From NCBI GenBank assembly GCA_016875995.1, contig VGOG01000002.1, forward strand, positions 1,595-65,594: a stretch of DNA of 64,000 bases, written 5' to 3'. This DNA is from Chloroflexota bacterium. Its GTDB lineage: Bacteria > Chloroflexota > Anaerolineae > VGOG01. Under the pieces are notes generated by a model. The model made no database searches, was not told where the DNA came from, and saw only the letters and a program-made list of their open reading frames with translations. Both the position numbers and the translations under genes were made by a program. Positions 57,494 through 64,000 of this stretch are shown here, piece after piece (positions within the stretch are counted from its first letter, which is position 1; each line of letters begins with the position of its first letter).

Positions 57494-58255
57494 ATGATGC
57501 GCCGAGAGGATTTTGCAACAGGGCAGGAGTTAGCCGACCATATCATCAGCCTCGAACGAGATTACACAGCTCGAATCTTCCACGTGCTTTACAGCAATGC
57601 TGGCAACCTCCAAGCTTGGTACAACGAGGCTAACAAGGTGACTGAGGCCTGGGCTGGCAAGATGGTCATCAGCCCACGAGAGCCATCGGCGCCTTGGGAG
57701 CAGGTAGGGGAAATCGTAATCACCGGGCTCCTGAACCGCAGCTTTCCGGAATGGTTTCCCACTGGCCTTCCTATCGGCTCAGAGACGCGTCTGAGTTCGC
57801 CCGAGGCGGTGATCCATATTGACGTCAAAACCCACAAAGAGGGGGATCCTGATCTCGACAGAACGCAAGATGTCCGACCGGAGCAAATCAGCAGCGATGA
57901 GCAGGAAAGCTATGTAGAAGACGAGCGAGGGCAGCTTGGGGATTGCTCACCCAAATTGCCCCCGTACTACGTATTCGGCCCCAACTTGCTCAAAGTGACC
58001 ATCACTGCTTTTGTTATTTGTGTCTATCAGTTCGATGAGTCCAGTGCCTATCAGTATCTGACCCGTGTACAATTATTTACCGTACCGAATGGTGTCCTCC
58101 GTGCAGTTCACGATTATCGGGATGTATTTCGGGCCGGAAAAGACGGACGTGCTGGTCATCGCTACCGAGTCAATCTTCCGGCGCTGACGGCCCACGAATC
58201 GTGGCGGTGGCGGGAGATCCGCTACGAGGCCCAGGGGTTTGTGGTCACTCGGTGA
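57494..58255 (+). CDS. putative type II restriction endonuclease, BglI-like PD-(D/E)xK
   Basis: VGE...PIGSE...AVIHIDVKT...VPNG...AGK pattern recalled from the BglI-like family; convergent with an MTase. Confidence 0.6.
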   Translation: MMRREDFATGQELADHIISLERDYTARIFHVLYSNAGNLQAWYNEANKVTEAWAGKMVISPREPSAPWEQVGEIVITGLLNRSFPEWFPTGLPIGSETRLSSPEAVIHIDVKTHKEGDPDLDRTQDVRPEQISSDEQESYVEDERGQLGDCSPKLPPYYVFGPNLLKVTITAFVICVYQFDESSAYQYLTRVQLFTVPNGVLRAVHDYRDVFRAGKDGRAGHRYRVNLPALTAHESWRWREIRYEAQGFVVTR

Positions 58256-58261
58256 CTGACC

Positions 58262-60181
58262 TTAACGGCCTTCGATAACATGGCGAGCCAGGGCTACGAT
58301 GCGTTCTTGTTCAGCCTGGATCAGCCGGTCCAGTTCTTTGATCCGCTCTCGAAGGACGACGAATTCTGCCCCTATCCGGGCGTGATCCTCCGGCAAGGGA
58401 ATCTGCAACTGGCGCAAGTCTTTCTCGGCGATGCGCCCCGACATCTCGCCTGTGGAATAGATGGTCATCAGTTCAAGGAACTCCGGCGAGCGGAGGATCT
58501 CCACCACGTAGTTCGGGTCAACTCCCTCCCGGAGGCGGAGCACCGAAAACTCCGGAATCGCCAGGGCGCCGTCGAGTTCGGGCGGCACGATCACAATGGC
58601 ACCTCGATAGGCCCGTCGTCGGCTGATCAGGATGTCGCCAGCGCGCAACATTTTGAGCGAGGTATAATTGCTGTCACGGCCCTTGATGCGCTTTGGGGTG
58701 ATAGTTAGGGTCGTTGGATCTACGCAACTCGTCTCAACCAGACTGATTTCCACATCGGGGGAGTGATTAGGGTTAACCCTCTCGGTGTGGAAGCTGCCAA
58801 TGGCCGATAGTTTAACCAACCGATATTTTGGATTGTGGCGAAACAGGCTGATGATGGCCCGATGCTCAGGCAGGTAGAATTTGGCGTCAATGCGGTCTTG
58901 GATGTCGCTGATGGACACCATATAGCGTGGTTGCCGGGCTTTGAACTCGTCGAGAGTAATGTCGAAGTCGTTTTGGTCATCAGGTCGGCCGGTGGAGGTG
59001 AACCCAATGTGCTCCACCCGCTTCATGTAGATATTGTAGCTGGGGGGTGGGGGTTCCATTTTGCGAACAAATAGCAGGCTACCGCGAACACTCGTACCCG
59101 AAGGGATAAAGGCCCAGTCAGGCAGTTCGATGATGGCGAGGATTTGGGTATGCTGGCGGATGTAATCCCGGACGTGGGCTAGGTTGCGATTGCTGAAGAT
59201 GCCTTGGGGGATGACGATGCCAGCCACGCCTCCCGGACGCAAAAGGCGGATAATCCGTTCAATAAATAGCACCTCCCGCGTGACGGACACAACTTGGCCA
59301 CGGCCGTTTTGTCCAAGCTGGAACTTGGCCAGCACACTGGGGTCTTTCTCATAGCCCGCAAAAGGGGGATTGGCGAAGATCACGTCTATCGTTCCTTCCC
59401 TGATCAGAGAGAGCAAGTGTTCGTTACCGGTTTCCTCGGCTTTTAGGGCGTTAACGGTGAAGATATTGGCGTAGTCCAGGCCATGCATCAGCAGATTCAG
59501 CCTGGCAACGCGAGCTGTGCGCTCGTTGATCTCGGTGCCGATGAGGCATCGCCGGCTGTACGCCTGCAATCTGTGAGCTACTGCGTCCTGGGACAAGGGG
59601 GGCTGGTAAGCTTTGAGCTGCTCCCGGATGAGTTTGGCGCACATGATGAGAAAGCCGCCGGAGCCGCAGGCCGGATCGTACACCACCATATTCTCGTCAA
59701 TGCCGATCATTTGGACCGTGAACTCGACGATGTTGCGGTGGGTGAAGAACTGGCCCAGTTCCCCCCGGAAGGTGTTGCCGACGATATTCTCGTACATGGT
59801 GCCCTTGACATCGGCCCCGTCCACAGCCGAGGTGGTCTGGAGCAGGCTATAGTTTTGGAGTTGACGGAAAACTTCATAGATGGCCAGGTCGTCGGCAACG
59901 ATGGCCTGGTCAGAGAAGATAGCATCAAAGCCTGGGGTCTGGTTAGCCTGGTCGAATAACCAACGCACCCGGCCCGCGAGTTGCTCACCAGGCTCTCCAC
60001 GACGAATCGCTGTCCTGGCCCCGACCATTGTCGTCTCATCGTAGAGTTTGACGAAGAGTAGCTTACTGAGTTCATCGAAAGCCTGGGCCGGGTCAAAGCC
60101 GTGGCGTTCCCAGAGGATGTTATGGCATCGTTGTACCACTTTTTGTAGCTCGTATTCGCTGGCAAATTTGGTGGTAGCCAT
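58262..60181 (-). CDS. N6-adenine DNA methyltransferase (HsdM-like) fused to a single target-recognition domain
   Basis: AFDELSKLLFVKLYDE, GQFFT, DPACGSGGFL, ANPPF; C-terminal GDILIS...EFSVLR...QIPLP plus coiled coil. Confidence 0.9.
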   Translation of the reverse strand: MATTKFASEYELQKVVQRCHNILWERHGFDPAQAFDELSKLLFVKLYDETTMVGARTAIRRGEPGEQLAGRVRWLFDQANQTPGFDAIFSDQAIVADDLAIYEVFRQLQNYSLLQTTSAVDGADVKGTMYENIVGNTFRGELGQFFTHRNIVEFTVQMIGIDENMVVYDPACGSGGFLIMCAKLIREQLKAYQPPLSQDAVAHRLQAYSRRCLIGTEINERTARVARLNLLMHGLDYANIFTVNALKAEETGNEHLLSLIREGTIDVIFANPPFAGYEKDPSVLAKFQLGQNGRGQVVSVTREVLFIERIIRLLRPGGVAGIVIPQGIFSNRNLAHVRDYIRQHTQILAIIELPDWAFIPSGTSVRGSLLFVRKMEPPPPSYNIYMKRVEHIGFTSTGRPDDQNDFDITLDEFKARQPRYMVSISDIQDRIDAKFYLPEHRAIISLFRHNPKYRLVKLSAIGSFHTERVNPNHSPDVEISLVETSCVDPTTLTITPKRIKGRDSNYTSLKMLRAGDILISRRRAYRGAIVIVPPELDGALAIPEFSVLRLREGVDPNYVVEILRSPEFLELMTIYSTGEMSGRIAEKDLRQLQIPLPEDHARIGAEFVVLRERIKELDRLIQAEQERIVALARHVIEGR

Positions 60182-60231
60182 GCTGGGTCTTCTCCTGTGT
60201 TTACCGCTATCGTTGATCTCTAAGCAGCCGT

Positions 60232-60260
60232 ATTTTAGCCTTAATGGCTAAATTTGTCAA
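60232..60260 (-). promoter_or_regulatory. MTase promoter containing an interrupted palindrome
   Basis: Minus strand TTGACA-17-TAAAAT; TTTAGCC-TTAAT-GGCTAAA at 60234-60252. Confidence 0.75.
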
Positions 60261-60287
60261 GAGCTGTTTCCTGGCGGAAAGTTCAAG

Positions 60288-61007
60288 ATGTGGACTCGAC
60301 ATTTTTGTAACTCTGTGCTGCGGATCTTGTTCAAGATCTTGCTCAAGGTAGAGATCGTCGGGTTGGAGAACGTGCCCCCCGAGGGGCCGCTGATCCTCAT
60401 GATCACCCACACCAACTTCCTCGACCCGGTACTGGCCGGTGGGTTGATGCCTCGGGAGGTGGTGATGATGTCCAAAGCGGAGAACTTCTGGCATCCCATC
60501 CTGGGCATCCTCGTCCGGCTCTACGGCGCCTTTCCCGTCCGCCGCGGCGAGGTGGACCTGCGGGCCATCCGTCGCTCGCTGGAGGTGCTGGCCAACGGCG
60601 AGGTGTTGCTCATGGCTCCCGAAGGCACCAGGAGCGGCCACGGGCGGCTGCAGAAGGGCCACGATGGCATGACTTACATCGCTTTACGCGCCGATGCTCC
60701 CATCTTACCCATGGCTATCATCGGGGGAGAGCGCTTCTGGGCCCATCTACCAAAGCTGCACCGCACTCCCATCAAAATCATCGTCGGCCAGGTCTTTCGC
60801 TTCTCCCCTGAACTGGAGCGGGTCGGGCGGGCAACCATGAGCAAGATGACCGAAGAGGCCATGTATCAGTTGGCCTCCCTGCTGCCGCCTGAGCGGTGGG
60901 GTTTCTACAGCGATCTCAACTCGGCCACGGAAGAGCATCTCGTTTTTCCGCCAGGCAGCTCCAGCAATTTGCCCAAGGGAGGTAACCGTTGGCCAGAGGT
61001 GGGGTGA
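60288..61007 (+). CDS. plsC: 1-acyl-glycerol-3-phosphate acyltransferase
   Basis: HTNFLD (HX4D), FPVRRG, PEGTRS. Confidence 0.9.
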   Translation: MWTRHFCNSVLRILFKILLKVEIVGLENVPPEGPLILMITHTNFLDPVLAGGLMPREVVMMSKAENFWHPILGILVRLYGAFPVRRGEVDLRAIRRSLEVLANGEVLLMAPEGTRSGHGRLQKGHDGMTYIALRADAPILPMAIIGGERFWAHLPKLHRTPIKIIVGQVFRFSPELERVGRATMSKMTEEAMYQLASLLPPERWGFYSDLNSATEEHLVFPPGSSSNLPKGGNRWPEVG

Positions 61008-62362
61008 TCACGCAGGTACATTCAGGGAGCATCGCGGCGGAGCTGGGCCTGCGGCCCGACGATGTGCTCCTCTCCATCAACGGCCATCTCCTGCGCGACG
61101 TGATTGATTACCGCTTCTACGGAGCTGAGGAGGAGCTGGAGTTGGTCGTGGAGTGGGACGGGGAGCGGATGGTCTACCAGGTGGAGCGGGACTACGGCCA
61201 GGAATTGGGCCTCCAGTTCGCCGCGCCGACCTTCGATGGCCTGCGCCTGTGCAACAATCGCTGCGAGTTCTGCTTCTTCGAGGGACTGCCGCCGGGGATG
61301 CGCCGCTCTCTCTACATAAAAGACGACGATTATCGCTATTCCTTCCTCTTTGGCAATTACATAACTCTAACCAACCTCACCGAGGACGACTGGGATCGCC
61401 TGGCCGAGCAGCGCCTCAGCCCCCTCTACGTCTCCGTCCACGCCACCGACCTGGCCTTGCGTCGCCGCATCCTGGGCAATCCCGTCGCCCCCGACGTAAC
61501 CGAGCAGTTGGAGCGGCTGGGGAGTCTGGGTATCCAGATTCACGCCCAGATCGTCCTCATCCCTGGCCTCAACGATGTCGAGCAGTTCAACTGCTCGACA
61601 TCGCATCTGGCCCGCACCGTAGCCGACCTGGCCGCCCTCTATCCGACGGTGCAGTCTATCGCCGTCGTCCCCCTGGGCCTGACCAGGTACCATCGCTGCC
61701 CTTTTCGCCTCTATACCCCTGAGGAGGCGGGGCCGATCGTCGCTCAGATCTCGGCCTGGCAGCAGGAGTACCGACGTCGGCATGGCCTCAATCTGGTTTA
61801 TGCCTCCGATGAGTGGTATCTGCTGGCTGGCCTGGAGGTGCCTGCGGCCGAAGAGTACGATGGCTTTCCTCAACTGGAGAATGGGGTGGGGTTGACGAGG
61901 ATGCTCCTGGATGAGAGGGTACAGGTCCCAGGTCGCAGGTCGCAGGTCACAGGTCGCAGGTCGCAGGTCGCAGGGCGCAAGTCGCAAGTTGTGAAGTTCA
62001 CCCTGGTTTGCGGGACGTTGATTGCACCGCTGCTGGAAAAGTTAGCTGAAGAATGGGCCAGGTTGATGGGAGTGGAGGTCGAGGTCGTGCCGGCGGAGAA
62101 TCGCTTCTTCGGGCCGACGGTGACTGTCTCTGGGCTACTCACGGGGCGGGACGTGATCGAGGCTTTGCGGGGGCGTGACCTGGGCCAGGCCGTGTTCCTC
62201 CCACGGGCCATGTTCGACGCCGCAGGGGAGCTGACTCTCGACGATATGAGTCCAGCGGCGATAGGGGAGAGGCTGGGGGTCAGGGTCGAGGTGGCGGGGA
62301 CGATGGGGGAGGTAGTCGAGTTTTGTGTGTTTGGTGAAGGTGATTTGGAGGTGAATCTATGA
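60989..62362 (+). CDS. PDZ plus DUF512 Fe-S (radical-SAM-like) protein
   Basis: PDZ-like N-terminus, CNNRCEFC, KDDDYR.SF, ITLTN, QLENGVG, VSGLLTG.D; two in-frame repeat inserts. Confidence 0.9.
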   Translation: MARGGVITQVHSGSIAAELGLRPDDVLLSINGHLLRDVIDYRFYGAEEELELVVEWDGERMVYQVERDYGQELGLQFAAPTFDGLRLCNNRCEFCFFEGLPPGMRRSLYIKDDDYRYSFLFGNYITLTNLTEDDWDRLAEQRLSPLYVSVHATDLALRRRILGNPVAPDVTEQLERLGSLGIQIHAQIVLIPGLNDVEQFNCSTSHLARTVADLAALYPTVQSIAVVPLGLTRYHRCPFRLYTPEEAGPIVAQISAWQQEYRRRHGLNLVYASDEWYLLAGLEVPAAEEYDGFPQLENGVGLTRMLLDERVQVPGRRSQVTGRRSQVAGRKSQVVKFTLVCGTLIAPLLEKLAEEWARLMGVEVEVVPAENRFFGPTVTVSGLLTGRDVIEALRGRDLGQAVFLPRAMFDAAGELTLDDMSPAAIGERLGVRVEVAGTMGEVVEFCVFGEGDLEVNL

Positions 62363-63537
62363 GCGAGATCAGGATGGAAGAACGGGGCCGCTTGACCCTG
62401 CCGGCCGACTACGTGGCCCGTCGCGGGCTTGAGGCGGGGACCTGGCTGGTCTTCGAGCCCATGGAAGACGGCCTGGCATTGCGCTTCGCCCGCCCCGATG
62501 CTCGCCGGGCCTACATCGAGGTGACAGCCCGTTGCAACTTGAACTGCGCTATGTGTGTGCGCCAGGTGTGGCGTGACGCCCCCGATGAGATGCACTGGGA
62601 GACGTTCCAGACCGTAATCGAGGGATTGCGGGCCTTTCCCGACTTGCGACGGATCACCTTTGGCGGTTTCGGCGAGCCGCTGGCCCATCCCCGCTTCCCA
62701 GAGATGCTGGCCCTGGCGGCGGAGTTGGAGGTGGGGATGACCCTGACCACCAACGGTCTGCTGCTGGATGAGACGATGGCCGAGAGGCTGTTGGATGCCC
62801 ATCTGGATACTGTGGTCATCTCCCTGGACACGGTGCACGTCCAGGCCTACCAGCAGGCCCGGCTTGCAGATGGGGTAGACCAGGTGTTGGACAACCTGCG
62901 TCGGCTGCGGGAGATGGGCCGGGCGCAGGGGCGGGTGCCGCCACGGGTGGGTCTGGAGTTCGTGGTCATGCGCAGCAGCCTGGAGTGGGTGGAGCAACTG
63001 CCGGGGCTGGCTCAACAATTGGGGGCTTCCTTCGTCATCCTCTCGAACCTGCTGCCCCACACACCGGAACTGGCGGCCGAAATCCTGTACGACCGGCAGG
63101 AGCCGCTGCCGCTCTCTGGCGGCTGGGCGCTGAAGGTCGGCGACTGGTTGTTGTGGGGGATGGTCAAGGCCCCACGCATGAAGTGGGGGGCCTGGCGACG
63201 CTGTCGTTTCATCGAGGAGCGAGCCCTGGTTGTCGGTTGGGACGGCGGGGTAAGCCCTTGCTACGCGCTGATGCATTCGTATCCTTACTACATTTATGGC
63301 CGGCGCAAAGAGGTCAGCCGCTACGTGTTGGGGAACGTGCGGGAGCAGCCCCTGGCCGACATCTGGAGTTCGGAAGAGTACGTCCGCTTCCGGGCCAAAG
63401 TGCGGGAGATGCGCTTCCCTTCGTGCGTGGATTGTGGCATGGCCTGCACCTTCGCCGAGGACAACGAGGACTGCTGGGGCAACGTGCCCTCGTGCGCCGA
63501 TTGCCTGTGGGCGCAGGACATCGTGAAATGTCCATGA
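62359..63537 (+). CDS. tungsten-cofactor oxidoreductase radical SAM maturase with N-terminal AbrB-like domain
   Basis: CNLNCAMC, GFGEPL, SPASM-like CRF...CYALMHSY...FPSCVDC...CWGN.PSCADCLWA...CP; adjacent to AOR. Confidence 0.85.
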   Translation: MSEIRMEERGRLTLPADYVARRGLEAGTWLVFEPMEDGLALRFARPDARRAYIEVTARCNLNCAMCVRQVWRDAPDEMHWETFQTVIEGLRAFPDLRRITFGGFGEPLAHPRFPEMLALAAELEVGMTLTTNGLLLDETMAERLLDAHLDTVVISLDTVHVQAYQQARLADGVDQVLDNLRRLREMGRAQGRVPPRVGLEFVVMRSSLEWVEQLPGLAQQLGASFVILSNLLPHTPELAAEILYDRQEPLPLSGGWALKVGDWLLWGMVKAPRMKWGAWRRCRFIEERALVVGWDGGVSPCYALMHSYPYYIYGRRKEVSRYVLGNVREQPLADIWSSEEYVRFRAKVREMRFPSCVDCGMACTFAEDNEDCWGNVPSCADCLWAQDIVKCP

Positions 63538-63645
63538 CGACGTAGCCAATTTCAGTACATCACAATTACGAAGCAGAGCGGGCTCCCATGCCCGCGTTTC
63601 GGCGGCGTGGGAGCCGCCTCTGTTGGCAGATCGTGACTACTGAAT

Positions 63646-63674
63646 TTGCACAATTACGGGAGTTAGTGTATAAT
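63646..63674 (+). promoter_or_regulatory. sigma70 promoter of AOR
   Basis: TTGCAC-17-TATAAT. Confidence 0.75.
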
Positions 63675-63701
63675 AATTTTGAAACATTGGTATAAGGGGC
63701 T

Positions 63702-63795
63702 ATCTCCGAGCTATGGCTGCTACGGGGAGACCTATGCATCATAGCCGGTAGGGTACAGCGGGAAACGGCTGTGCCTCCCAGTGTGGAAAGGAGAT
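63702..63795 (+). ncRNA. Moco/Tuco riboswitch
   Basis: CTCCGAG...AGGGT...GGAAAC...GCCTCCC...GGAAAGGAG hallmark; P1 ATCTCC/GGAGAT; upstream of AOR. Confidence 0.88.
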
Positions 63796-63838
63796 CCCGC
63801 GTCTGGCAGACAAGGCCAGAGCAAGATCTCCTTTTTTT
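63790..63838 (+). terminator. riboswitch expression-platform terminator
   Basis: GGAGATC..TCTGGC-loop-GCCAGA..GATCTCC then TTTTTTT. Confidence 0.8.
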
Positions 63839-63871
63839 CGTCAGGGCCGGAAAGGAGGTGGTGTGGAGCCA

Positions 63872-63931
63872 AGGTATTCAAAGTTTGGAGTTTAGAGTTT
63901 GAAGTTTAAAATTTGAAGGAGGTATTCAAAG
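63872..63931. repeat. 7-bp array (TTTGAAG) flanked by 12-bp direct repeat
   Basis: AGGTATTCAAAG at 63872-63883 and 63920-63931 around TTTGGAG TTTAGAG TTTGAAG TTTAAAA TTTGAAG. Confidence 0.85.
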
Positions 63932-64000
63932 ATGAGCAAGATCCTACGGGTCAATATGACCAACCTCACCGCCAAGTACGAGGATGTACCGGAGAAGTAC
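63932..64000 (+). CDS. aor: aldehyde:ferredoxin oxidoreductase, 5' end
   Basis: MSKILRVNMTNLTAKYEDVPEKY resembles the AOR N-terminus; GGAGG RBS; riboswitch and maturase context. Confidence 0.8.
   Translation, partial: MSKILRVNMTNLTAKYEDVPEKY

Overview
GC-rich bacterial chromosome segment, most consistent with an anaerobic Chloroflexota (Anaerolineae-like) organism; the taxonomy is inferred from gene content and repeat types. In order it carries: the 5' end of an isopentenyl-phosphate kinase, a Liv-type ABC transporter, trmI/DUF211/VIT1, assorted enzymes, a lower-GC ascorbate-family PTS island with amino-sugar catabolic genes and a broken enzyme I, a glycerol/dihydroxyacetone cluster (glpF-dhaKL-glpK-etfBA-glpA...pfpI-dhaM/HPr/EI, the last with an in-frame amber codon), tRNA-Pro(GGG), a PdtaS/PdtaR-like ANTAR two-component system with nadE and glnA, three glycosylation genes, and the scpB-rluB-cmk-plsC operon interrupted by a VapBC pair and an unusual restriction-modification pair. 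It ends with a tungsten-oxidoreductase radical SAM maturase, a Moco/Tuco riboswitch and the start of an aldehyde:ferredoxin oxidoreductase. The most striking signal is a dense set of short repeats: 7-bp and 8-bp tandem arrays with many different units, plus several palindrome families. They nest inside each other, are sometimes flanked by direct repeats, and repeatedly sit in frame inside proteins, where they supply linkers, termini and one fusion junction. All protein calls come from motif recognition by eye; no searches or folding programs were run.
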